The translations under genes and the position numbers were made by a program. From NCBI GenBank assembly GCA_964016885.1, contig OZ024746.1:72292001-72356000 (forward strand): a DNA stretch of 64,000 nucleotides, written 5' to 3'. The notes under the pieces were generated by a model. It did not search any database. It saw nothing but the letters and a program-made list of their open reading frames with translations, and was not told the DNA's origin. Origin of the DNA: Eledone cirrhosa. Its lineage: Eukaryota. The stretch's first letter is position 1; each line of letters begins with the position of its first letter. Shown here in pieces: positions 1 through 14,100 of this stretch.

Positions 1-61
1 CAGGCATGAAGGATATTGCAGTGAAAGTCAGAATGATCTCCTTTCATTAAGATCTTAACTG

Positions 62-200
<139 letters not shown>

Positions 201-435
201 TGTGTACATGTACCTATATATATACAGGTATGTATATATACATACACACACACACACACACACACATATATACAGCGTGCCTTTTCATTTACTGAGTCAA
301 TTTAATGTCTGGCATTATTTATCTGAAAAATACAAAAAAAAAACATTTAATAAGAAAATTAGAGCTCAAATAAGAAGTGTCCTCAAAAAACTGACGCATC
401 CTGTATATAACAGTTAAATTTTGATGATAAACGTA

Positions 436-876
436 AATAATTGTTTCTACTTTTGGCACAAGGCCAACAATTACCCAGTGCATTACTGGTACTTTATTTT
501 ATCGACCCCGTAAGGATGAAAGGCAAAGTCAACCTCGGCGGGATTTGAACTCAGATCGTAAAGGGACGTAACTATGCTGGAAAGCATGGCGTCCGACCCT
601 CTATGTAAATAATGTAAATAACGTTTCTGCTTTTGGCACGAGGCCAGCAATTATCTCAGTTCATTACTGGTACTTTATTTTATCGACCCCGTAAAGATGA
701 AAGGCAAAGTCAACCTCGGCGGGATTTGAACTCAGACCATAAAGGGGCGTAACTCTATGCTGCAAAACATGGCGTCCGACCTTTTACCGATACTGCCAAT
801 GCCCCACCCAAACGTAAATAATTGTTTCTATTTTAGGCACAAGGCCAGCAATTACCCAGTGCATTACTGGTACTTT
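436..876 (-). mobile_element. Tandem copies of ~190-bp tRNA-derived SINE (Deu/Nin-like core)
   Basis: B-box GAGTTCAAATCCC and core GCCTTTCATCC..GGGGTCGATAAAATAAAGTACCAG. Other copies at ~4043-4240, 10842-11025, 19955-20170, 34905-35145, 44640-44842, 45570-45765, 56990-57165, 61810-61976. Confidence 0.85.
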
Positions 877-1195
877 AAATGCCATTATTTATATAGATGA
901 ACTGTATACACAAAGATTTAGAAAGAGACAGATAAGAAGGAAAGCCGATTTAACTTACCGAAGACAGCCAGATAGTTATTAGGACAGAGTAGAATGGAAT
1001 AAGGGAGGGCCCTCAGGTACCGTGTTAGAACTTCTGTTATGTCGTATGGTGTGTACCGTTTCTGTTTGATGTAATGAGATCCCGTGAAGCTACCTGCATA
1101 AAAAAAAATTATATTGATTAACAACTAGGCCAATTTTAGTAGTTTATATACACACAAACAAACACACCATATATATATAGTCTTCACATTTATTA

Positions 1196-1311
<116 letters not shown>

Positions 1312-1405
1312 AATAACAGGAGGCTGGTGGACTGGTGTAAATCCTTGAAAAGTTTATTATACTATGATCATTTCAATGAATGAAATGATCATAGTATAAT
1401 AAACT

Positions 1406-2400
1406 GGTCTTACTTTATGACTGCGAAGATGACTTTCGAATCCAGCTTTGCTTAGGCAGAGTCTCGCACAGACGCTGCATGTCAGCACCATAGGAGGACC
1501 CTCGCCGTCTGGAAGTGCAACAGCAATGCCCTTCCTCACATCCCGCTTTACTTTCTCGTATGCGATTCGAGATGCCTCAAAGGCAACTTTTCCCTCATAT
1601 ACAGTCTTTCTCCATTTATTACGATCAGCAGCAATATTTTCCCATGTATCAGCAGAGATGTTAGCGTCTTTCAGAGAGGCTTTCAAGGAATCCTTATACC
1701 TCTTTTTTGGTTTATGTGGCGGTCGTTTTCCTTTAACCAACTCTCCATAAAAGAGTTGTTTTGGTATTCTAGAGGTGACCACTCCAACGGAGTCGTTGCT
1801 TAAGCACAAGAGCTTCTATACTGTCACACATAGAGCTTTCCAAAATCTCGACATCACTGATGTGGTCCCTCCAGTGAACGCCATGGATCCGTCTGAGACA
1901 CATCTGATGGAAACGCTCCAATTGCTTAAGGTGGTGTCGATATGTGACCCAAGTATCGCAGGCATAATGACCACACATGCCCTGTACACCTTTATCTTTG
2001 TCCTCCTGCATATGTCTCGCCGACCCCAGAGTCGCCTTTCTAGCTTTCCGAAAGCATCACTTACTTTCCTAATCCTAAGTGAGATTTCACTGTCAAGGTT
2101 GCTGTATCGATTGACAGTGCTTCCCAGGTAGACAAACTGATCAACCACTCCAAGTCGTTTACCATACACATAGATGTTTGGTTCAGTGTACTGCTTACCA
2201 GGGGCAGGTTGGTACATGACGACGGTTTTCTTGAGACTGACAGTCAATCCTAGGGCAGTGCAAGCATCAGAAAATGCATTCAAAATGTGCTGCATATCAC
2301 TCTCTGTGTGCGCTACAAGATCGCAATCATCTGCATACAAGAGGTCTCTTATGATTGATGTAAATACTTTTGTCTTCGCAGCAAAGCGCCTGATGTTAAA
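1406..2400 (-). mobile_element. RTE-clade LINE 3' fragment, frameshifted
   Basis: YADDCDLVAH..GLTVSLKKT; YLGSTV; RLRWSGH; RIPKQLFYGEL; C-terminal CxxC..HxxxH. Confidence 0.9.
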
Positions 2401-2403
2401 TAT

Positions 2404-2505
<102 letters not shown>

Positions 2506-2632
2506 AAAGTTTTATTTAAAATTGTTGGGTTACAACAAGTAAATATTTTATAACTGATATAAAGCACTCGACAAGTTTTGGAGTAGATATACGATATTAA
2601 ACAAATGGAAACTATATTTATAAAACCATATT

Positions 2633-2698
2633 TATTTCATTATACATATTCCGGGGATACCATATTAAAAATATGGCATGCCTTCTTCAGATAAAATA
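2633..2698 (-). ncRNA. Inverted copy of the 3333 hammerhead, core mutated (GAAA->GGAA)
   Basis: Reverse complement of 3333-3398 with one substitution at 2651. Confidence 0.65.
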
Positions 2699-3332
2699 CA
2701 ATATATAAACAGTTTTATAAATAATTTTGACGTACCATAAATATTGAGCAACCTTTATGTAAGAAGCTGGTTTGGTAGTGAGATGTTTATAAATGATGTT
2801 TATATATGATGAAGTCTATGTATCGGTTATTTTAACTTTGCCTCTCGAGTTTCTCTCTTATTTCTCTCTTATTTCTCTCCTATTTCTCTCACCTCCCCAT
2901 ATATAATTATTATTATTTGGTCTACCTCTTTTTTCCCCCCCACCTCTATCTTTCTCTCTCTCTGTTTTCTCTTCATTTTTTATTTTTTATTTCTCTCCGT
3001 CTCCTCCCCAACTGTCCTTAACACTATAACTAAATAATTACAGTACTCCCTCCCTCCTAAATCTCTCAATTTGTATGATGAATTATTATTATTCATCTGT
3101 TGCCTCAGCTGCTTCTCTTTTTTCACCTCCTCACTATTTCTCTCTCCCCTATCTCTCTCTATTTCTCTCTGTTTTTTCTTTACATACATTTCTTCTTTTT
3201 CTCCGTCTTTCTTTTTAACTGTGCTTAACACTAAATATTTATAAACATCTCACTACCAAACCAGCTTCTTACATAAAGGTTGCTCAATATTTATGGTACG
3301 TCAAAATTATTTATAAAACTGTTTATATATTG

Positions 3333-3398
3333 TATTTTATCTGAAGAAGGCATGCCATATTTTTAATATGGTATCCCCGAAATATGTATAATGAAATA
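3333..3398 (+). ncRNA. Type I hammerhead ribozyme motif
   Basis: TATTTTAT-CTGAAGA-[ATGCCATAT/ATATGGTAT stem]-GAAA-TATGTA-TA^ATGAAATA; 8-bp helix I. Confidence 0.8.
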
Positions 3399-3438
3399 AA
3401 TATGGTTTTATAAATATAGTTTCCATTTGTTTAATATC

Positions 3439-3477
<39 letters not shown>

Positions 3478-3609
3478 CATGTATACAAACATTCACACAC
3501 ACATACACACACACACACCAACATGAATGGACCTGTTATTTTTCGCTATAAACATTTTTTTCCAATTCTACCCCGCTCGTCCCTTCAATCTTTCTAATTT
3601 CTCACTCTT

Positions 3610-3645
3610 TCTTCTGGTGAAGGACTAGCATCCGAAACGTTAAGA
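3610..3645 (+). ncRNA. Minimal hammerhead-like motif, A6G variant
   Basis: TCTT-CTGGTGA-AGGA..TCC-GAAA-CG-TT^AAGA; palindromic AACGTT helix III. Confidence 0.5.
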
Positions 3646-3744
3646 CCCTCTTCCTGTTAGTTCAAGCGTTAACATAATATATTCCTTCCATATACTGTAC
3701 TATATATATATATACTTATAAGGGTAAAAAAACTCTCTCCTCTT

Positions 3745-4030
3745 TGATCACGGATGACGATGGATTTTGCAACTAGAAAGTTCCTCTACGAGATAGAAGA
3801 CCGGGCAAGGTGTTTTTGTGGAAGACCAGCAGTCACCCATGCATACTAGTCTCTCCTCTCTATGCCACTGAATTTGTCCAAGGAAAAAGCAAAGGCCGAT
3901 ACAGCTTGGCACCAGTGACATCGCAACTCATTTCTGCAGCTGAATGAATTGGAGCAACGTGAAATAAATGTCTAGCTAAAGGACGCAACGCATCCCTCGG
4001 TCCGGGAATTGAACTCATGACCTCATTATT
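3745..4030 (-). mobile_element. Third SINE-like family; relatives at 8075-8280 (+) and 29915-30060 (+)
   Basis: B-box GAGTTCAATTCCC and shared GACGTCACTGGTGCCAAGCTGTATCG motif. Confidence 0.65.
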
Positions 4031-4857
4031 GTGAATCCAACGAGGGCGGCGGATTTGCAGTGTCGGTAGAGAGTCGGACACCACGCTTTGCAGCATAGAG
4101 TTACGGCCCTTTACGGTCGGGGTTCACATCCCGCCGAAGTTTACATTGCCTTTTATCTTTACGGGGTCGATAAAATAAAGGACCAGTAACGTACTGGCGT
4201 CGATATAATCGACTTTCCTTGTGCCTATACTAGAAATCATTATTGTGAATCCAACGCTCTCACCACTGAACCAAATATCCTCACATTCACATATACAGAC
4301 ACACATGGTGGCTGCCAACTCGTTTTCGAGTACGGCCACTACTTTATATCCATGTAGGAGAACCCCTACCGATGCGCTGAACGAGTGTGATTTTTAGTCC
4401 AGCCAGCGACTTGAAAACTCTGGTACAAACACTACACTTGTGATAATTATTGACACATAGTGCTGGGCCGATGGTACCATGTGACGACAAGTGCAGAGAG
4501 ATCTCCAGATATAAAGCAATGCCTGTGCCGTGAAGCTTTTATAGTGAGCAAAGGCACTGCACAAAGCCAGTCCCACTCTCTTAACCAAGATGATATTTAC
4601 CAAAAAGAAGAACAAGTCAACATCATTGGATACCATCAGAGTTGCAGGTGTTATATCAGAGTTTTCCTTCTCCTAGAATTCTGCCTTGACAAAGGCTAAG
4701 GGGTCATCTCTCACACATACACATATACACATATACATACACACATACACATATACATACACACATACACATACGCGTGCGTACACACACACAAGCGCAC
4801 ACGCGGAACTGTATATGAAACAAAAGAAGGCGTGTCACGTGATATGCACATACTTAC

Positions 4858-4935
4858 AGATGTCAAAAATGGAAATAAGATCGTTGACTCTGGTCTCGTC
4901 CCCACGCATGGCATAAATAAACGACATATCCAAAC
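4858..4935 (-). CDS. Exon 20, RhoGAP arginine-finger region (GLDMSFIYAMRGDETRVNDLISIFDI)
   Basis: Pyrimidine tract + gaag acceptor, GTAAGT donor, 78 nt phase 1-1; ungapped to BCR [26 protein letters not shown]. Confidence 0.9.
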
Positions 4936-5639
4936 CTTCAACGAGAAATTGAAAAAAATAAAACCGAAAGCTGTCAAATTTGGGCATTATTAAAATGTTA
5001 TATGTATACTAGCAGAATGGCCCGGCGTTGCTCGGGATTTGCTCTAGGGTTCTTATATATTTGATATATGTTTATCCTTATCGAGCCTCGTGAAATAAAT
5101 ACGTTTGTTTATATTTTGTTATTGTGTATGCAAAAATATCTGTACACGAATATATAATTATATATATATATATATATATATTTCGTTTCTGAATTTGTTT
5201 AGCAAGATTCTTTATCTGAAATCGTGTGTTGAAACCGATATTGTTATACTTTGGGAGGGTCATGTTGCCAATAAGAAACACACGCACCAGTGTGGAAACA
5301 ACCAACCAACCAGAAATTTATAAATTTGTAGATTTGTAAATTTATAGATTTATAAATATATAATAAATTGAAGTGAAAGCAACTGGTGCGTGTGTTTCTT
5401 ATTGGCAACATGACCCTCCCAAAGTATAACAATATATATATATATATATATATATGAAAAAAAGGAAAATAATGACTTCACTTGCAGTTCTAAACAATTG
5501 GATTTAATTTTATATTATATTATAAGTTGGTAGCTCTAGTAACTTCTTTGTTAACTTCAGATTTTTAAAGATTCCTGGTTAACTTTCCTGGAGAACTTTC
5601 TCGCATTAGTCGCTGGCGATTGTCAAACAGAGATCAGGT

Positions 5640-5694
<55 letters not shown>

Positions 5695-5763
5695 TATGAA
5701 GAGAGAAGAAACATTTAGATATAATTAGTAATAAAATGTATCATACCTAAACTGCTCCTAAAT

Positions 5764-5853
5764 TCCTCGACTACGTAGTTTCGTGGCATAAACAAAAACA
5801 ATATATCATAAAGATATAGAGTCCTTGCGAGGTCTGCCGACTTATCAAGAGGA
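5764..5853 (-). ncRNA. Type I hammerhead, U3-A8 core variant
   Basis: Minus strand: TCCTC-TTGATAA-GTCGGCA...TGCCAC-GAAA-CTACGTAG-TC^GAGGA; perfect palindrome ACTACGTAGT. Confidence 0.75.
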
Positions 5854-6365
5854 TACCTCATTTTACTAGTCTCAAGAACGCGTCTACACGACGTGAGAAA
5901 GAATCCCAAAAGGCGGAAGGGGGGATAGTCACGCGATATGACGGTCGAGAAACAGAGCTAAGCCTCTTATAACCCCGAAGAAAATACCACGGAGGCGGAG
6001 GGGGTATTTATATCGAGGCCGTAGAAGAGGTGGTGAAGAAGGCGAGAAGTATGAGTAATGGAAGCTTTCCAGCATGTATCTGTGTGTTTCTAAATATATT
6101 GTTAATAACTCCCTCTGGTCGAGCAATCTTTGAAGTGTGGGGACAGCTGGAAAGCTTCCATTACTCATACTTCTCGCCTTCTTCACCACCTCTTCTACGG
6201 CCTCGATATAAATACCCCCTCCGCCTCCGTGGTATTTTCTTCGGGGTTATAAGAGGCTTAGCTCTGTTTCTCGACCGTCATATCGCGTGACTATCTCCCC
6301 CTCCGCCTTTTAGGATTCTTTCTCACGTCGTGTAGACGCGTTCTTGAGACTAGTAAAATGAGGTA

Positions 6366-6455
6366 TCCTCTTGATAAGTCGGCAGACCTCGCAAGGACTC
6401 TATATCTTTATGATATATTGTTTTTGTTTATGCCACGAAATTACGTAGTCGAGGA
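6366..6455 (+). ncRNA. Type I hammerhead, U3-A8 core variant (mirror copy)
   Basis: TCCTC-TTGATAA-GTCGGCA...TGCCAC-GAAA-TTACGTAG-TC^GAGGA. Confidence 0.72.
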
Positions 6456-6688
6456 ATTTAGGAGCAGTTTAGGTATGATACATTTTATTACTAATTATAT
6501 CTAAATGTTTCTTCTCTCTTCATAATGTATTTTTAACTCTGATACTGGTTCAGTCTAGTTCAACTGAATTGGTCTGTCCCAGTCATTCATTGAGCAACAT
6601 CGGTGAAGTTGGCACCCTTAACTCACAGTTGGGTGCGGATGCATTCATGTATATATGTGTGTGTCCGCATGTATCTGTGTGTTTCTAA

Positions 6689-6741
<53 letters not shown>

Positions 6742-6765
6742 AGGGATATATGTAACTTGGAGTTA

Positions 6766-6830
<65 letters not shown>

Positions 6831-7072
6831 TATATATATGTTCATACATATGTATATATATATATGGTCTTCAAAATGTTTTTCAATAAACATACAGTAT
6901 ATTATCAAATATACTATACATACATTCATACATACATCGCTATTTCAGAGCACTGATACAAATTCCTGATTTTTGCTGGACAGGCAACTGTTCTGCTTAA
7001 TCAGCTCCTAAATATCACTGGAATTCTATAAGAATCCAGCTTCTATAAGTCTCGGTAGAAGCGAAGGGATAG

Positions 7073-7117
7073 GCAATCTTGATAACCGTTAACAAACGAG
7101 AAACAGCTGTCGGTTGC
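7073..7117 (+). ncRNA. Type I hammerhead, U3-A8 core, family A
   Basis: GCAATC-TTGATAA-cCGTT..AACGa-GAAA-CAGCTG-TC^GGTTGC; helix I extends via 7051-7069/7119-7137. Confidence 0.8.
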
Positions 7118-7227
7118 TTCCCTTTGTTTTTGCCGAGAGTAAATGACATAGTCACTACTTTAAAACTCATAGCGAATGGTCTTCAAAATGTTTTTTAAAT
7201 AAACGTACATATATATATATATATATA

Positions 7228-7259
<32 letters not shown>

Positions 7260-8462
7260 CTATAAATTATGTCCATAGAATCATTTGATAAGATATATAC
7301 ACCATTTCCTCTCCCAATCAGCATAATCAACCACACAAAAAACCAATTAAACCAGGCTATAAGATTAAAAGGCACCTATGAAGAAATAATAGATAAATAA
7401 ACGACAGCCATCTATTCGCGATCAACAGCTATAGAACATTTACCCAGCATTTCAATAGCACGTGGAAATCGATTAAATATATCGTCAACCATACACAATT
7501 AGGTATAAAATTAAAGTTAGAAGAAAAAATGTATATAAACATATCAGGATTACGTTTCTACCCCTTGGGATTTCATTCGCTTTTGGAAATATCCGATCAA
7601 AGATAAATTCTCGAGCTTCGAAATCATCAGGAAACAAACTCACTTGGACGAAGATTTTTCTTAAATGATCCCCGCCAGAAACGAATTCAAAATGGCTAAG
7701 AACTGTGACGTGGCAGTGGTCAAGTCAGAAAGAATGTGATTGGTGCCTTACGGCGAGTGGGCTGGTTGCTAGAAAGCGCAGCCTAATATTGCCTAAATTG
7801 CATCTCAACCTTATGGGAGATTATCAAATATAAAAATTTACATATACACAAACTAGACAAAGTCATAGATATAGATATATATGTTTTTGGCAACCATTCA
7901 CGATGTGGCTCAATGATGAATTAATTAATTAAATAATCAGAGCAATATACTATAAATATAAAAGATTGTTAGTTTTATTATGGTCGAGTCAGTACCCTGT
8001 AACTCTAGAGTTTTCCCTTTTTGTTTACACGGTTATCTTATGATTCTGTAAACATACAGTAGAAACTCATGAGTAACATGACCTTGTGGTTAAAGAGTTC
8101 GACCTGCAATCGAGAGGTTGTGAGTTCGATTCTAGTACCGGGTGATGTGTGGTGTCCTTGAGCAAGACACTTTATTTCAGATCGCTTCAGTTTACTCGGC
8201 TGTAGAAATGAGTCGTGACGTCACTGGCGCCAAGATGTATCGACTTTTGCCTTTCTCCTGGACAACATCGGTGGCATGGATATGTATGCAGGTGTGGCGA
8301 GTCGCATATATTCTACTCATTAGAAAAAGGAAAATGAATGCTTCACCTTCGAAAGAAGGATGACTCAAGAAGAGATATGTGTGCGTGTGTGTCTGTGTGT
8401 GTCTCTGTGTGTCTCTGTGTGTCTGTGTGTCTGTGTGTGTGTCTGTGTGTGCCTGTGTGTGA

Positions 8463-8556
<94 letters not shown>

Positions 8557-8911
8557 TATTACCGTTAATTACTACCATTCTGAGAAAGAAAAATCAATAC
8601 TACTATTTGGGGGGGGGGGGTTATAGAAAGTACAATGTCCTACAGTTGCTGATCAGTTTCACCTCAATGAAAATTCTTTGGGCTGTGCTCAGTTCTACGA
8701 ATCTCCTTTTGAACGCAATTAAGAAGTTTGTTATCATTAAATTAGTGCTAGTAGTTATTTAAATCAAACTTCTGAAATATTCCTATAAAATCCTTTATAA
8801 TTCTGTTCCTGTTATTGCGGTCCACATTATATGTGATTGTTAAGCCATCATCTCTATATAATCAGAATTTATAGAGTTGGTATGTTTTAGGATATTCAAA
8901 AAGTATCTTAC

Positions 8912-8973
8912 CCCTTCTCTCTATTTCTTCTACACAGCTCGTTATAATCAGAGGGACCTTTCGTTCTTCACGT
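8912..8973 (-). CDS. Exon 19, RhoGAP (REERKVPLIITSCVEEIERRG)
   Basis: ttaaag acceptor, GTAAGA donor, 62 nt phase 2->1; near-match to BCR RERSKVPYIVRQCVEEIERRG. Confidence 0.93.
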
Positions 8974-8980
8974 CTTTAAA

Positions 8981-9061
<81 letters not shown>

Positions 9062-9063
<2 letters not shown>

Positions 9064-10248
9064 ATGGGCGGTATCACTTCTTAGATATGGAGTGGGGGTA
9101 ATCACGTGAACAGTGGAAGAGCTAAACAGTTTAGACCAAAGGGCAAGAAAGATATTGACTAGATGTGGGGTATTTCACCCAAAGAGCGACACATACAGAT
9201 TATATATACCAAGAAAAGGAGGGGGGAGATGACTGGTGGGGTGCGAAGATAGCGTTAGAACAGTAGAAAATAACATGGCGTAGTCCATACAAAATTCCAC
9301 TGAACTGCAGTTGCTGGAAGTAAGAAGGTCAGGGCTGTGCAAAATAGAAAATTGCAAAGAAAAAACAGAGTACAAGCATTTGAAGATGGATGAAACTGAA
9401 AGTAGATGGACAGAAAAAAAGAATGTATGGACAATTCCATAGAGATGATGAAGATATGGCAGACAGAGAAAAAAGGTGGTTATGGAAGGCTTAAAATGAT
9501 CTAAAATCGAAAACAGAAGCTTTAATCTGTGGTGCTCAAGAACAAGCACTAAGAACTAACTACATCAAGCATAGAGTAGACCACACAGCAGAAAGTGATA
9601 AGTGAAGAATTTGTGGCATGAATGGAGAAACTGTATGGTATATTACCAGTCATTGTACATCAGTAGCTTAAAAAAATATGAGACGTCACGATAACATAGC
9701 AAGGATAGTCTATTGGGGCACTTTGTGGTAAATATGCACTTGACAGAGCAGAAAAGTGGTACGAACATAACCCTGAGGGCGTTATCGAAAATAATGGTTC
9801 AAAGATCCTGTGGGACTTTGTGATACAGTGTGACTATGAGATTGAGCATCAGGGACCAGACATTGTATTAATTGAGAAAGAAAGCAAACGGTGTTGGATC
9901 ATAGATATAGCCTGTCCAGCTGATAACAAGGTATACAATAAAGAAGGGAAGAAATTGATAGATATGTCAGGTTAGCTTGGGAAATTAAGCAGTTGTGGTC
10001 ACTGAAAAAGGTGATGGTAATACCAATAATAGTTGGAGTTTTGGGAACAGTGAGTAAAGATCTTGAGAAGTACATTAAATAAATATGGATTGCAATACAG
10101 AAGGAATCCCTGCAAAAAAAAAACAGAATTGCCTGGAACAGCTCGAATACTCCAGGAGGTACTCGCAAAAATAAGAGGTTACCTCAGTTCACTGGTAGTG
10201 AACAGTTGACATTGTAATACATCCCCAGCGTTAGAAGCTGAGCGAAGA

Positions 10249-10250
<2 letters not shown>
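9062..10250 (+). mobile_element. Dong/R4-clade non-LTR retrotransposon 3' fragment
   Basis: QEQALRTNY, degenerate CCHC finger, RHDNIA, ILWDF, PDIVL..IIDIACP restriction-like endonuclease; (TAA)n on both sides. Confidence 0.8.
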
Positions 10251-10284
<34 letters not shown>

Positions 10285-10350
10285 TATATATTTTATTTAC
10301 CACAAGAGAAGCTAATGTGGATGGTGGGGGCATTAAAATACAGGTTACAA

Positions 10351-10403
<53 letters not shown>

Positions 10404-11188
10404 GAGGGGGGGGGAGAAAGACAGAGAGAGAGGGGGGGAGGGAGAGAGAGATTTCTGAGGACATTATTTTAAAACTATCAAGGAATAACTAGTATGCATA
10501 AAGTATGAAATTAGATATCTCAATGGAAAACAACCATATATAGTCATTCCCTTCAATCATTAATCCTGTATAGAATGCAAGGGTTGGCGTACCACAGACT
10601 GAATTACCCAACTGGTAAGTAACTGCAGGCAACCAGGAGAATAACAACATATTGTTGACATGGCTGTAACCATTCAGTAGCTATAACAAGAGCAACAACA
10701 AACTATTGGCCTTACTATTTGCATTCAACATTGATATCCAGAGCAACAACACTATTGTTGTCCTAGCTGTAACTATTCTCTACTCACAACCAGAACAACA
10801 ACACCATATTATCGCCATCAACAGACTCTCATTAATTTATATGGCGGTGGATTGGCAGTATCGGTAGAGGGTCGGACGCCATGCTTTCCAGCATAGTTAC
10901 GTCCCTTTACGATCTGAGTCAAATCCCGCCGAGGTTGACTTTGCCTTTCATCCTTACGGGGTCGATAAAATAAAGTACGAGTAATACACTGGGTAATTGC
11001 TGGCCTTGTGCCTAAAGTAGAAACAATCCATTTCTTTATATTCTGGAATTTTATCTTATTCAAAACCCACCTATAAATCAATGATCCTGGATCTAAAGCC
11101 GAGTACGCTAATACTCCGGCCTCATTAAGTTAATATTCCGACCGCAGATGGTTGAAACCCTGACCCAAATAAGCTGAAACTCTAACAC

Positions 11189-14100
11189 TCAGTAAGTTAA
11201 ATATACAACCCCAGTAAGTTAAAGATACAACCCCAGTAAGTTAAAGATACAACCCCAGTAAGTTACAGATACAACCCCAGTAAGTTAAAGATACAACCCC
11301 AGTAAGTTAAAGATACAACTCCAGTAAGTTAAAGATACAACCCCAGTAAGTTAAAGATACAACCCCAGTAAGTTAAAGATACAACCCCAGTAAGTTAAAG
11401 ATACAACCCCAGTGAGTTAAAGGTACAACTCCAGTAAGTTAAAGATACAACCCCAGTAAGTTAAAGATACAACTCCAGTAAGTTAAAGATACAACCCCAG
11501 TGAGTTAAAGGTACAACTCCAGTAAGTTAAAGATACAACCCCAGTAAGTTAAAGATACAACCCCAGTGAGTTAAAGGTACAACTCCAGTAAGTTAAAGAT
11601 ACAACCCCAGTAAGTTAAAGATACAACCCCAGTAAGTTAAAGATACAACCCCAGTAAGTTAAAGATACAATCCCAGTAAGTTAAAGGTACAACTCCAGTA
11701 AGTTAAAGATACAACCCCAGTAAGTTAAAGATACAACCCCAGTAAGTTAAAGATACAACCCCAGTAAGTTAAAGATACAACTCCAGTAAGTTAAAGATAC
11801 AACCCCAGTAAGTTAAAGATACAACCCCAGTAAGTTAAAGATACAACTCCAGTAAGTTAAAGATACAACCCCAATAAGTTAAAGATACAACCCCAGTAAG
11901 TTAAAGATACAACCCCAGTAAGTTAAAGATACAACTCCAGTAAGTTAAAGATACAACCCCAATAAGTTAAAGATACAACCCCAATAAGTTAAAGATACAA
12001 CCCCAGTAAGTTAAAGATACAACCCCAGTAAGTTAAAGATACAACTCCAGTAAGTTAAAGATACAACTCCAGTAAGTTAAAGATACAACCCCAGTAAGTT
12101 AAAGATACAACCCCAGTAAGTTAAAGATACAACCCCAGTAAGTTAAAGATACAACCCCAGTAAGTTAAAGATACAACCCCAGTAAGTTAAAGATACAACC
12201 CCAGTAAGTTAAAGATACAACCCCAGTAAGTTAAAGATACAACCCCAATAAGTTAAAGATACAACCCCAATAAGTTAAAGATACAACCCCAGTAAGTTAA
12301 AGATACAACCCCAGTAAGTTAAAGGTACAACACCAGTAAGTTAAAGATACAACTCCAGTAAGTTAAAGATACAACCCCAGTAAGTTAAAGATACAATCCC
12401 AGTAAGTTAAAGATACAACTCCAGTAAGTTAAAGATACAACCCCAGTAAGTTAAAGGTACAACTCCAGTAAGTTAAAGATACAACCCCAGTAAGTTAAAG
12501 ATACAACCCCAGTAAGTTAAAGATACAACTCCAGTAAGTTAAAGATACAACCCAGTAAGTTAAAGATACAACTCCAGTAAGTTAAAGATACAACCCCAGT
12601 AAGTTAAAGATAGAAACCCCAGTAAGTTAAAGATACAACCCCAGTAAGTTAAAGATACAACTCCAGTAAGTTAAAGATACAACCCCAGTAAGTTAAAGAT
12701 ACAACTCCAGTAAGTTAAAGATACAACCCCAGTAAGTTAAAGATACAACTCCAGTAAGTTAAAGATACAACCCCAGTAAGTTAAAGATACAACCCCAGTA
12801 AGTTAAAGATACAACTCCAGTAAGTTAAAGATACAACCCCAGTAAGTTAAAGATACAACCCCAGTAAGTTAAAGATACAACCCCAGTAAGTTAAAGATAC
12901 AACCCCAGTAAGTTAAAGATACAACTCCAGTAAGTTAAAGATACAACCCTAGTAAGTTAAAGATACAACCCCAGTAAGTTAAAGATACAATCCCAGTAAG
13001 TTAAAGGTACAACTCCAGTAAGTTAAAGATACAACCCCACAGTAAGTTAAAGATACAACTCCAGTAAGTTAAAGATACAACCCCAGTAAGTTAAAGATAC
13101 AACCCCAGTAAGTTAAAGATACAACCCCAGTAAGTTAAAGATACAACCCCAGTAAGTTAAAGATACAACTCCAGTAAGTTAAAGATACAACCCCAGTAAG
13201 TTAAAGGTACAACTCCAGTAAGTTAAAGAGACAACCCCAGTAAGTTAAAGATACAACTCCAGTAAGTTAAAGATACAACCCAGTAAGTTAAAGATACAAC
13301 TCCAGTAAGTTAAAGATACAACCCCAGTAAGTTAAAGATACAACCCCAGTAAGTTAAAGATACAACCCCAGTAAGTTAAAGATACAATCCCAGTAAGTTA
13401 AAGATACAACTCCAGTAAGTTAAAGATACAACCCCAGTAAGTTAAAGATACAACTCCAGTAAGTTAAAGATACAACTCCAGTAAGTTAAAGATACAACCC
13501 CAGTAAGTTAAAGATACAATCCCAGTAAGTTAAAGATACAACTCCAGTAAGTTAAAGATACAACCCCAGTAAGTTAAAGATACAACTCCAGTAAGTTAAA
13601 GATACAACTCCAGTAAGTTAAAGATACAACCCCAGTAAGTTAAAGATACAATCCCAGTAAGTTAAAGATACAACCCCAGTAAGTTAAAGATACAACCCCA
13701 GTAAGTTAAAGATACAACCCCAGTAAGTTAAAGATACAATCCCAGTAAGTTAAAGATACAACCCCAGTAAGTTAAAGATACAACCCCAGTAAGTTAAAGA
13801 TACAACCCCAGTAAGTTAAAGATACAACCCCAGTAAGTTAAAGATACAACTCCAGTAAGTTAAAGATACAACCCCAGTAAGTTAAAGATACAATCCCAGT
13901 AAGTTAAAGATACAACTCCAGTAAGTTAAAGATACAACCCCAGTAAGTTAAAGATACAACTCCAGTAAGTTAAAGATACAACCCCAGTAAGTTAAAGATA
14001 CAACTCCAGTAAGTTAAAGATACAACCCCAGTAAGTTAAAGATACAACCCCAGTAAGTTAAAGATACAATCCCAGTAAGTTAAAGATACAACTCCAGTAA

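Larger units (their letters stand above)
5690..6529. repeat. Long inverted repeat (~383-bp arms, ~73-bp spacer)
   Basis: 5690-6072 is the reverse complement of 6146-6529 with few mismatches. Confidence 0.95.

Noticed and set aside
5929-6290. Near-identical 86-aa ORFs on both strands
   Set aside because: Consequence of the palindrome; no protein features.
7644-7701. AG...GTGAGT-bounded segment on minus strand
   Set aside because: Phase incompatible; exons 19 and 20 already join seamlessly across the RhoGAP motif.
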